A DNA stretch of 64,000 bases from Thecamonas trahens ATCC 50062 (lineage: Eukaryota; Protista; Apusomonadida): the NCBI RefSeq assembly GCF_000142905.1, contig NW_013657657.1, forward strand, positions 392,396-456,395, given 5' to 3'. The notes below the pieces were generated by a model. It worked only from the letters and a program-made list of their open reading frames with translations, did no database searches and had not been told where the DNA came from. The position numbers and the translations under genes are program-made. Position 1 is the stretch's first letter. Each line of letters starts with the position of its first letter. This document shows positions 46,501 to 56,600 of this stretch, piece by piece.

Positions 46501-49500
46501 TCGTCAGCAGCCGCAACAGCCATGCAAACCGTAGCCATCCACTCGGCCCAGCACGGCTCGACACGGATCGCTGCCATCATGTCGTCGCCCAGCATGCGCC
46601 TCGCCCTTGCCACCTTGCTCTCCACAACATCGCGCATCTTTGCGACCCGCTGGACAAGCTTCTCGGGGTGTAGATCCTCAGCGAGCGTCTCGAGAACAAA
46701 GGTGAGAAGAGCCACCAGTCGATCACGCGAGACATCGCCACGCGGCGCCAGATCCTTGAGGATCCTGCCCGCCAGCTCGTCAGCCGTCGCCACCAGAGAT
46801 TCTGGCGGCGCCACGCCAAAGAGCAGCATCATCGTCCGCTGCTGCACTGTCTGCGCTGCATCGAACGCCATGTGGTACGGTCGGATCCGAAGGAGCTTTG
46901 CCTCTACATCACTCCGCCCACCGAGCGTGTCGAGCAGCCGAAGATGGTCCGACGTCACGTGTCCGACGCACGCCACGATGGCAAAGCCTGGCCGGCTTGC
47001 AGCCACCTCATCGACCAGTCTCGACCAGCCCGAGACCGACAGTTCAGCGCTGACAAGACACAGCGCTCTTCCCGCCAGGGCATCGGACGAGAGATACCTA
47101 TCAATCTCACTGAACACCTCCGTCGGCGGGTACGTCGAGCGCACCCGGTACGCCTCGGTGGCATCGATCCTGGTCTTCAGCCAGTTGTCGTTGTTGCACT
47201 CGACGATCACAAACCGCCGGAGCGCCTCACCTCGCGGCGCCCGGCACACCGTGTCAAGCTCGAGTAGCGCTCGCGGCACACCATCGGGCGTTGTACCGAG
47301 CTGCCGTGCTTCGGCCTCAACCTTGCGCCTGATCGCACCCTCCACGGCCGGATGCTCGCGGACAAGCGCCTTGGACTCGAGCCCGTCGCTCCCACCGGCC
47401 ACAAACGGCGTCCAGGCGAGGCTCGGCAGCGGACGCTCGAGCTGGATCTTGAGGAGGTCGCCGACGGTGGGCGGCATGAGGATGTCCTTGTCGAGCGAGA
47501 CCTCGACAAAGCTGCGGTGCAGGGCGTCGTCGGCGATGACGATGATGTGGACCAGTCCGCTCGCGGCCCTCATCAGCTGTCGAAGCTGCCCGCCTCCGAG
47601 CTGGCCAGCGACGCGGAGGAGGATAAAGACCATGTTTGGCTGGCAGCTCAGGTGCTCGATGTCCTTGAGCGACGAGTCAAAGTCGGTCTGGCTCACTACC
47701 TTGCGCAGAGCGGAGATGCCGATGCACTTGGCCACCCTCTGCGCCGTCACCTCTTCCATGGACTCGAGGACAAGCCCGTTGTGGATGGCGCCGGGCTCGG
47801 CCTCGATCAACATCCGCAGCATGTACGCCACCTCGCCCTCAACTTCGCCTGTTGCGTTGCAGAGCTGGTTCCGCCAAACCTGATTGTATGCCTGACGGAG
47901 CTCGACGCTCCCGATGATCTTTCGCGCCAAGCTCGAGCTGTGATGCATCATGTAGGTGTCAATCTTCGGCGCCATCCCCCCCTCGCCGTAGCTCTGCCGC
48001 AGCAACTTGACGACCGACTGCGGCGTGTCCACCAGGCCACGGGACATGGGGCCGCTCTCCAGCGCCTTCTCCCGCGCCTGCTTCAGCACCTTCCACATCT
48101 CCTGCGCGGCCGCATCATTATCGTCGGCCGCCCGCCCGTACACGACCATACCGAGCCGCCACTGCGCGCCGGCCACGGTCGACGTCCGGGTCCATGGCAC
48201 AGGGATGGTGGCCATCGCAAGCCCGTCGCTTGCGTGCGGGCTCTCTGCTGCCACCATCAGGCTCTGGCTCGCAACATCGTATTCCAGTACCGCCCCGGCA
48301 ATCGCGCCCGGCACGCTTTGCTCCGTCAGCTCAAAGACCACCGCCTTGGGCGCGCCACCCTTTGGAATCACGGTCAGCAGCTGCTTGACCGGGAACGCGC
48401 ACGGCGTCATGTCCGCCGCCTCGGCCTCGGCCTCGGCCTCCGCACCAGCATCGCCAAGCGGTGGCTCGAGCTTCCATGTCGGCCTGGGCATCCGATGCAG
48501 AACCTGCATGACCGTCGTCTCTCCCGTCAGCGTCGCCCATCCCTGAGGACAGTCGTCGCCGGAGTAGCCGATGTACACGTCGTCCGGGAGGCAAACGTCC
48601 GCCACCACTACCTCCGACCCACTCACCACGACCACCCGCTCCTCGCGCAGCTGGACTCCAAGACAGATTGGACACACTCGCACTGTCCCGTTGGGCCCGT
48701 GCTTGCCGAGAATGGCGCAGTGAGCTTCGATCTGAGCCTTAAGGTTGTCTCGCGCTTCCAGCGCCAGCACCTCACCAACACCCTCGCTGTGCTGCGGCTG
48801 GACAGGGCTTGTCGTGCTGGCGTCGCCGCTGGGCCCCGCGCCGCCATGCGGGAGTTCCGCCGCAGGAGGCTCTGCGAGATCGATCTGCACTCCAATCGCT
48901 GTCGCCACCCGCTCGACGATACGGGAAAACGCCACGCCGCCGTCAGTCTTGCGCCTGAGCAGGGCCACGACGCTGGATCGCTTCATCTGCGCCATCTGCG
49001 GGTCGTACAGTGCCGACTGGGCATCACACAGTGCCGCGAATAGCGCCTTCTTGGACTTGCTCAAGGCGGACTTGACCGCCGTGACAATATCGTCCGCGCT
49101 ACTATCAGCGTTGAGCACCTTGAGTGACTTGACGTCCATCATCGAGTCCGGCTCCGCTTGCGCTGCTTGCGCCTCTCCGGCCGCCCCGGGCGGGCTCACC
49201 TTGTCTGCTGGATCAACTGGCGATGCATCATCCGCTGGCACTGCTGTTGCTGCGTCAGTGGGCGTGCTGTCGTCAGCGGCGCTCCCTTCTTCCTCCTCTT
49301 CCTCCTCAAACTCCTCGGGCTCATCCTCGGTCCCAGCGTTCGCAGCTTCAGCCTCGGGCTCGGTTTCAGCCTCAGCCGCGACATCAGCCTCAACTTCCGC
49401 CTCGGCCTCAGCCTCAGCCTCAACCTCGGCCTCGACCTCAGCCTTGGCCTCGACCTCAGCCTCGACCTCAGCCTCAGCCTCGGCCTCAGCCTCCGGCTGC

Positions 49501-50183
49501 CCGTCGGCGCGTGCATCGTGAAACTCATCGTCACCGTGATCGTCCTTGTCACTAAGGTGCTCGCCACCCTCGTCGCCATCGATCCCATTGCCAACACCGG
49601 ATTGCCCGCGGCAGTTGAGCTCGTAAGGCACATTGCATGGCTTGCGTTCGATCGGTTTGGTGACGCGTGCCTCTGTAGCCCGCGAGGTGAGGAGCATGCG
49701 GGCGACTTTGGTCATCTGCATGTCCATTTGGCCCATGGCGGCGATTTCCTCCTCCACCTTGGCTTGGATCTGGGCGCGATCCGCTTCGTCGTGGATGGCC
49801 ATCTCCTCCTCGTCACTCAGCCCCTTCAGAAGCGTAAGCATCGGAGCAAACGCACGGTTCGAGTTGGTTAGCACTGTCACCGTGCCCAGGACTCGGTCGC
49901 GAATGCCGACACCCCGCCCATCGTTGTTGTCGCTGGTAAGAGTCACAATGGCTGCACCAAGCGCCACAAGCTCTCGCGACGAGACAACCAGCTCGTCGGA
50001 CCTTTGCAGACCGAGTGCGTCAAGTGCCATGACCACAAGACTTTCGCACGTCAGCTGAAGCATCGGGTGCGTGCCGTTCTTCGCCATCACCTCCTCGTGC
50101 ATCTTGTCCATCTCGAGGCGACACGCTTGCAGCGCCCGGCGGATGCGGGCCTTGGTTACAGTCTCCGTGGTTGGACCAGCCAT
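43584..50183 (-). CDS. Uncharacterised 2199-aa protein with acidic EAEAE linker and degenerate P-loop NTPase-like modules; probable distant paralogue of 50642-56704
   Basis: Uninterrupted 6.6-kb ORF with coding-like codon bias. FVIVECNNDNWLKT lies at the Walker-A-equivalent position. Shares the GHLDW...W...S...F...KPALV block with its neighbour. Confidence 0.8.
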   Translation of the reverse strand: MAGPTTETVTKARIRRALQACRLEMDKMHEEVMAKNGTHPMLQLTCESLVVMALDALGLQRSDELVVSSRELVALGAAIVTLTSDNNDGRGVGIRDRVLGTVTVLTNSNRAFAPMLTLLKGLSDEEEMAIHDEADRAQIQAKVEEEIAAMGQMDMQMTKVARMLLTSRATEARVTKPIERKPCNVPYELNCRGQSGVGNGIDGDEGGEHLSDKDDHGDDEFHDARADGQPEAEAEAEAEVEAEVEAKAEVEAEVEAEAEAEAEVEADVAAEAETEPEAEAANAGTEDEPEEFEEEEEEEGSAADDSTPTDAATAVPADDASPVDPADKVSPPGAAGEAQAAQAEPDSMMDVKSLKVLNADSSADDIVTAVKSALSKSKKALFAALCDAQSALYDPQMAQMKRSSVVALLRRKTDGGVAFSRIVERVATAIGVQIDLAEPPAAELPHGGAGPSGDASTTSPVQPQHSEGVGEVLALEARDNLKAQIEAHCAILGKHGPNGTVRVCPICLGVQLREERVVVVSGSEVVVADVCLPDDVYIGYSGDDCPQGWATLTGETTVMQVLHRMPRPTWKLEPPLGDAGAEAEAEAEAADMTPCAFPVKQLLTVIPKGGAPKAVVFELTEQSVPGAIAGAVLEYDVASQSLMVAAESPHASDGLAMATIPVPWTRTSTVAGAQWRLGMVVYGRAADDNDAAAQEMWKVLKQAREKALESGPMSRGLVDTPQSVVKLLRQSYGEGGMAPKIDTYMMHHSSSLARKIIGSVELRQAYNQVWRNQLCNATGEVEGEVAYMLRMLIEAEPGAIHNGLVLESMEEVTAQRVAKCIGISALRKVVSQTDFDSSLKDIEHLSCQPNMVFILLRVAGQLGGGQLRQLMRAASGLVHIIVIADDALHRSFVEVSLDKDILMPPTVGDLLKIQLERPLPSLAWTPFVAGGSDGLESKALVREHPAVEGAIRRKVEAEARQLGTTPDGVPRALLELDTVCRAPRGEALRRFVIVECNNDNWLKTRIDATEAYRVRSTYPPTEVFSEIDRYLSSDALAGRALCLVSAELSVSGWSRLVDEVAASRPGFAIVACVGHVTSDHLRLLDTLGGRSDVEAKLLRIRPYHMAFDAAQTVQQRTMMLLFGVAPPESLVATADELAGRILKDLAPRGDVSRDRLVALLTFVLETLAEDLHPEKLVQRVAKMRDVVESKVARARRMLGDDMMAAIRVEPCWAEWMATVCMAVAAADDHIRVPFYECCFGSDMFQLVPQGVRLAMWTRHVLSARIDDNSSLGRELAATSNALMACEDVLARMRPVLSAHLCVHLCASDEAGIRRGPAVYAAPSLRSGSGDEVLQRVAEQGHLDWDAIKVAWRSFPHSASLFIAIIATYHKPALVMACVRPEVLEALLRNLRVTQHPRAVAVLQDMARADSPIATMCTGAGRMLPLRTQLAVIRWSLARAGVEVEVTANDVDLLLAARVPLTPRREVEVETLAPHLFGAGTDAARKVLLTPAVAAAICSMSAEQLAELLDRTPVHGEALMACMKRWCESGEAGGWVPVLRETISAGASAHPSLDMLHAVLIDSNWKSGRMEQLRPQLRKISAGGWAYLALVSAQSLDNGLSVVLQSDDAVALVTDIASEMLESTTPDMGERVRMLHRLAGWTAVRRTVSEAARNETIDSESPWAWPIRLIGGGCGAVVDALRAGVKGIPFRDEPALAHHLGEALAGEAEPAAALSAWREAGLVTDVDLRAAYTEVTETGSVTIDVQRMLWQFAPDKVCPRTPGGEATPLQELILPGFESRIRAAPAMMTAEALVLARLGYMLDAETEARICAENGLEVAGEDVVRELAQIECDDLPSYVLRYKRRSFPDDELDKLGADLRVEVQARGARCGIKAADAQQRLRDGARMTAVATLDCPGRVSDGVTVSNIAENLDTLAVAASLVPIEDGSAATARGICAVVLSWFDSFGVTGERLNKWVKMSVVQDAQYCVYDAINMFNEGNLCRPRLKTMYPLARTLDARLVVERQVVPLYGDDADSVRETSRVLEVLDRSAARVLEARTNTPQYGKAIDAATREMALRIVSAIRIEGGCAGLVDLASLSRVSGMLLRAPIAPRPSEEELSVARTMEVCEKFLAAVLDVVGDAEDKNNVLAALLAGFVEVHSLTIDVLQLKNETYRDVVLTAVAEAVCNQVPTKHPTVAKILRELKWIEDHVGIGVCPTTQ

Positions 50184-50641
50184 CTTCTTGTCTTGTTGGT
50201 AGTGTCAAGAGAGGTGTGTGTGTGTGTGTGTGGTGGAAGCTTTGCGTTGCGAGCTCGTTATCCCCTGCGCTGAAAAAATGTCACACTTTGTGGAGCACCG
50301 GTTGGTGCCCGCCCGGTTCCTCCGCGGCTCGACTGCGTCTGGGACATACTCATTGCCGCCACGTAGCCCCATACTACCAGCCCTACACTACTAGGATGCA
50401 GGAATGCCAAACTCACTTTATTGGTGCCCATGTCTGTGCACATGGGTGTACAGGGCCCGCTTGACTGGTGCGACCGGTTCCGGCGAAACGTCACAAACTG
50501 CAGCTTCGCGGACAAACACTGTGACGTCGGTACAAACGTCACAGTTGCTGCCACTCGGATCGAGAAAATACAAGCGTCGCAAAGACCAGCCAAGAACAAC
50601 CGCTTCCGACACGCTTCTCTCAAACTACAGACAGACAAGCT
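50184..50641. promoter_or_regulatory. Putative bidirectional promoter with TGACGT/ACGTCA motifs and a 10-bp inverted repeat
   Basis: 458-bp gap between divergent ATGs; ACTGTGACGT-n8-ACGTCACAGT at 50518-50545; an additional ACGTCAC at ~50488. Confidence 0.5.
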
Positions 50642-53600
50642 ATGCCCGGATTCTTTTCCACGACGGAGGTGAGGCCCGCGAACACGTCCGGCAGCGGTAG
50701 CGCTCGGCGGCCTGGTTTGGGCGGCGTCGGCGCGGCGGTCGAGGCGGGGCCGACTCGGACGGCACTCGAAAAGAACCACAGCGACACAACCGTCATTTTT
50801 GCTGACAACCTGCTGGCCATCACCTCGGCAGCAGACTCACCGCGTGGCGTCGCCCTCCTGCAGTGTGTCGGCAGCGGCGGCACGATGTACAACGTCAAGC
50901 CGCGCATGTGCCTGCTCGGCCAACCAACCCGGGCAAAGGTCTTTGTGGCGACGGAGAACGAGGACTGGGTGTTTGGCCTAGACAGAGCTGAGGCCATTAG
51001 GAACATTACTTCCCGCCTCGGTCTCCACGATGCGGTGGCGGAGGATCTGTACGAAAAGCGGGAGTTCGACCAGTCGTACGAGAGCCACGACGCAGCGTGG
51101 AAGGCCATCAACGGCAGTCGGGGCGCAACCACCATTGTCCTCCGCAACGCGCTTCTCTCGCGCCGCCAGGGAACAGTTGTCTCGTACAACCGCAATGCAT
51201 CCAACTCGAGCTCGTGGACCATCCATCTTGTTGCTGCTCACGGCATCGATGCTGATCGTCGGCTGGCTCGGCCGGGCCTCCTCGGCCTCCTCACCGTCGG
51301 CGCCGTTCTCTCGCTGCACATCAACAGCGAGCTCGGCAACCTGCTCTGGTGCATTGCTTTCAGCGGCGCAGCCAGCGCTGGCATTGCGGGCTACGCCAGC
51401 CCGACCATTATCCCCTCCAGCAAGTCCCCGGAAGAGCGGGCCAAGTTCATCCGCATAGCCCGTATGCTCCCCGACGCCGACTGGGACGCCGTCCACACCG
51501 CTGTTGCCGAGATCGGCTCAAGCATCCTCGACAAGCGTCCGTTGCCCGGATTTGTCACCAACTCTGCCGAGCTGAAGTCGGCGGTGGACAACTCGACCGC
51601 GAGGCAGGCGCCCCTCACCGCCGAGCTCCACGCCCTTTTTGCCGACCAGCGGTGGCAGCTCCTCAACCGGCTGGTCAACGCTGAGCAGTCACGAGCGCTG
51701 GCAAAGGAGCTTGAGGCCATCGCGTTGCCTGCGGATGACCATCACGAGCACCGATCGACAACTGGACGGGTCGAGACCCTGTTTCTAGCGCCAAAGACGA
51801 CGGCGGTGTTTGCACCCGTATCAAGCCCGGACCTCATCGGACTGCTGCTCAACGAGGACTTGGCCGGCGGCGACGCCAAGAAGGACGAGTCTGCGCTCAG
51901 CATGGTCGAGTGGATTGAGAAGGTAATCTCTCTTCCGCTCACGCATCACGGGCTCATCCAGTGGATCTTGGGCGTGGCGGCGGGCGGCGGGAGGCGCGAC
52001 ATGGAAGCGTTCGAGGCCATGGACGAGCTGACGGTGGTGGAGAAGATCGCAACGTTCTGCCTTGCGCAGCAGTGTCCGAATGCGATGACCGCCGATGTGC
52101 TCCGCGGCACGTTCAAGCTTCCTCCGCAGATTGAGGCCTTTGCCTTTCGGGTCAACGGACAGTACGGCATCCATGTGATCTCATCACTCAAGCACTCGAC
52201 GATGCGCGAGCTCGGGTTTCCGATGGTGGAAGTGGACGTGAGCTGGCTGGTGGCGAGCTCGTTCCAGGATCAGGAGCTGTACTCGGAGATTGTGCGGCAC
52301 TTTAGCCCCGAGACCCTCTTTGTCTACGTCCGTGGGCTGGAGAGCATCCCGGACCGGACCGTCAAGTGGCTCGCCGAGTACACTCGACGGGCGATCTTCC
52401 ACTACGTGATGCTGGAGGATACGGTGACGGTGTTCAACCACTGCGAAGACCGCGACCGTATGTGCACTCGTCACGCCATTCCGCGCTCGCTCGCCGAGGA
52501 GCGACTGGTGCCCACGAGCACGGCAGCCAAGCGAGTCCTTGCTCTCGTCCCCTACACGCCGATTGACTCGGCAGCGGCGGGCATCAGCCACATCCGCGGC
52601 GCTGAGATGTCGTTCAACTCTGCGCTCAACGCAACGTGGGAGGGCGAGCTGGCAAAGATGCTGCAGCCAAACTCGGGTGTTAACGTGGCGGTTGTGATCT
52701 CGTCACCCGGAGCCGGCAAGACGTACACGGTGACGGTGATGCGCAAGAAACGAGGGGCGGCAGTGGTGCCGATCATCGACGCGTCGTCGCCGGACTTGGT
52801 CAGGGTCTCGCTCAAGAGCTGGCTCGACAACCATCTCGGCGACACGGCGGAGATCCTCATTGTCGACGAGTACCATCGGCTCGACGAGTATCAGAAGGCC
52901 AGTCTCTTTGATTGGATCCATCTCACCCTCCTCGCCCAGCCGCACCTCAAGGTGGTCATGATTGGCAACCGGCATTCAGCCTACGACGATCGGCTCATCG
53001 AAGACTTTTCTGCTGCCAGCAAGATGACCACCGAGCTCCTCTGGTGCCGACTGAGCATCGCCAAGGCCGTGACTGGCATTACGCCGGCCATCAACTCGCA
53101 CAAGCAGGGCATCTTTCTCACCATCTACTTTACCGCCGCGCGCAACCTCTTTGGCGACGAGGCTATCTCGCTCCGCAACCGGTCGGATCTCCTCGCCATG
53201 GCGGCTCAGCCGACCATCTCCGTCTCGAACCTCGCTGCGCTCGTCCTCGACAAGATGCCGACCATCGGCGAGTGTTTTGCCGCCCTCTTTGCCTGCGAAG
53301 TCGTCGAGCTCACCGAGCGTGTGGTGCTTGACATGGACAAGCGCGGCGCATCGTCGACGCCTGGCGAGTACGACATGTACGCCGCCGAGGTTCGCAAGAT
53401 GGCGCTGAGCGAGTGGATCCCGAGGCGCGGGAACGAAAAGCCCGAGGCACTTTTGGTGGGTGCTGCGGTGCTCTCGAGCGATACGCTGAGCTACCCCGAG
53501 CTGAAGGTTGCGTCGCGATCGGAGCTCCATCCGGGCGGGTTGCTGATGGCGTGGGCCAAGATGACGTGCGATGAGGCGGATTCGATAGCGGCCAAAGTGT

Positions 53601-56600
53601 TCAAGTACGACTCGGTGCTGCGGATGAAGCTCGTGGAGCAGGTCGGCTTCCCGCTGGTCGAGGGCGTGGGCCTCGAGTCGACGATGGGCCCCGAGTGCGA
53701 GACGCTGACCTTGGTGGGTGACTACACCGATCTGCCGTTCATGATCGACAACCTTGCTCGCGGCCACACCTTTGATTGGCCCGGGCAGGTCAAGCCGGTG
53801 TGGCAGCGACACTACGTCCAGTCGGCCGAGGCGTTTAATGAGCTTCTCTCGGTTGCTCCGCGCCCGAACCTTGTCCTCGACGCGATCGATTCCCAAAACC
53901 TGGCCAACTTGCTGCAGACGTACCCGGATCCGGCGTTTGCCCACCGCGTGGCCAAGAACCTCACCGCTCACCAGTTTAGCACGGTCATTGCGGGCCTCAG
54001 CGAGACTGACGCGCACTTGATCCCAACCTGGATGCACGAGGCAAAGTGCCACGCCAGCTGGGTGCTCGTCGTCGACGTGTGGGCCCGGGACGGCGGTGAT
54101 GCCAAAATCGAAGAGCTCTTGGCCGACATTAGCCTCTCGCTCGGGGTTATTCTCATGTGGGCGGCCGAGAACGCCGCGCCATTTGCACGCGTTGGCTCGC
54201 TGGCCGAGGCTGAGGCTTGCGAGGCCAAGCTCATCAGCTCACTTGTTCAGCTTGTCCACTCACTCTTTTCCGACTCGCCGGCGAGCGATGGCGATGTCAT
54301 GACACCGCCGTTTGTGGCGCTTTTCCGATCGTGCTTTGCCCCGCTGCTGGGCGAAGTTCTGACTTGCCTCGCCGAGGAGGGGGCATCTGAGAAGGCAGCG
54401 GCTCTTGCGCTTGTCTGCGCCAACGGCGAGTACCCGACCCCAGAGACATGGCCGTCGGCGGTCAAGATCATTGGGCGGATGCTGCACAACAACGCGCTCC
54501 CGCAGGACTCGGAGCTCGAGGTGCAAGGTGTGCTTGATCTGCTCATTGATGACAGCGGGGCATGGCCGTCACTGGTGCTTGCGGGCGCTGAACAGATGAG
54601 CAAGAGCATAGCCGCGATGGCAATCCAGCTCATCGGCAGAGTGCTCAAGATGCAGAGTCTGCCGCGAGTGTGGCAGATCGCATTCTGCCGCGGCGGCGAG
54701 CTGGTCAAGAAGGCGATGGGTGAGACAAGCATGCCAGATTTGCGGCGGCGACTGGATTCTGCCATCAAGGAGCTCCCGGCAGCGGCCATCGATATTGGCA
54801 AGCACAAGCTTGAGGAGGAGATCGTGGGCCTCAAGGCTCGGCACGTTGAGGCAGCAAGGATGCGGATGCAGCGGCGGAGAGATGTGGTCGAGTCGGCGTC
54901 CGCCATCTCATACCAGGCGCAGATGAAGTACATGGATCGGGCGGGGCTAAGCTCGAGCGACAAGGGCCATCGGCGGATCACGCAGTTCTACAACAACTAC
55001 GCCTTGGCCGAGCCGTCCGAGTGGCCAGACGAAGAAGCCAAGGCGTGCAAGAACCCAGCGGATGCCAAGTTTGACCTCGGCCGCCCGGGCGCCTTTGTTG
55101 GCCGACGCATTGTGCTCGGCGTCTTCCTCCGCCGCACGCTAGCCAGCGGCGCCAGCTTTGAAGAAGATCTCGCCTTGTTCAAGATCGCTCTGGAGGCCAA
55201 GGGCTTTGTCTACGAAGTCATCCATGATGAAAACGTGTTCGCCGACCGCCTCCTGGGCGGGAACGTCGACGAGGCGTGGCTCATCTCGGGCTCGGCGAAC
55301 AACGTGTACAAGAAGTATCCGACCGAGGACGGGCGGTCGGCGATGTGGACCAAGCTGGCACATGCGTGCCTCGTGCACCATCTAGCAGGCAAGGGGCTGT
55401 ATCTTGGCGCCGATGAAGATCCATACTTGGCGCACGCCAACGTGGTGCTCTCAGCGCTCTATGCCACCGCTGATGTGGCCGGATCAAGCAGCGGCGCGCG
55501 CGCGGTGCCTTACTTTGCTGGAAACGACCCAGGCCAAGCCATTCTTGAGCCCAAGGGGACGCCCGGTAAGGACGACGATGCCACGTTTAGCACGGGTCTC
55601 TTCCTCACCACGGGCCTGCAGCAGATCTTCGAGGGTGTGACGGTCTCATCAGTGCTTGGCCTCTCGGGCGTGAGTGCCGTGCTCCACCCAAAGCTGACGC
55701 CCAAGAACACGATCGCCTGCCGCGAGAGCCACAGGATCAGGGACGGGATACACGGGCGCATCTTTATGGACGGCGGGTACACCAAGCTGCTGAACGGCGA
55801 GTTTAAGGAGGCTGGAACGGAGCGGATGGTCGGTAACGTGGCAGTTTGGCTGCTCAACATCGACCCTGTGGTCAAGCTCAACAAGAAGCACGGGTTCCGG
55901 CTGCGACCTGTTTTGGATGACGGCGCGCGGGCCGAGTGGGAGGCAGTGATGGAGAAGGCGAAGCAAGTTGCCGATGCGCGGATGGCGACGTGGGTTCTCG
56001 AGGCGCCCGTGCCGAAGGTTGTTCCGGTCGACATCGTCTTTTCTATCGACGCCTCCTCCTCGATGAGGGGTTCCGGGCTGGCTGCAGTCACCTCCTGGGC
56101 CAAGAACTTTGTCGATCGACACAGCCGCCGCTTTGATGTGGGCGAGAAGAAGCCGCGCGGGGCGGTGCCGCGCTTTGCCATCGTCACCTTTGCCGGCCCT
56201 AATGGTATGCACTCGAAGCGGATCTCAGGCTTTGACGACTCGACGAAAACGATCAAGACGAAGCTAGACTCGCTCAAGGCTAGCGGCATGACCAGCTACA
56301 GGACGGGTCTTGGGCTCGCCCACGAAGTCATTGCGGAGGACGCGTCCAACGACGGACGGCGGGCGTATGCAGTGGTCTTCCTCACGGATGGGCAGCCGTC
56401 CCATTGGGATACCGAGATGGAAAGCGTCCACTTGATCCGCACCGAGCTTGAGACGCAATTCAGCGCCAAGATTGTGACGGTCTCGATGGAGATCGCGGCA
56501 GATGCCAAGGCGATCGTGCATGAGCGGCTGACGCACGTGGCTTCGCTCCGTGAGGGGGCAACGGTGGGCAGCACGAACTTGGACGACTACTTGGTGATCG

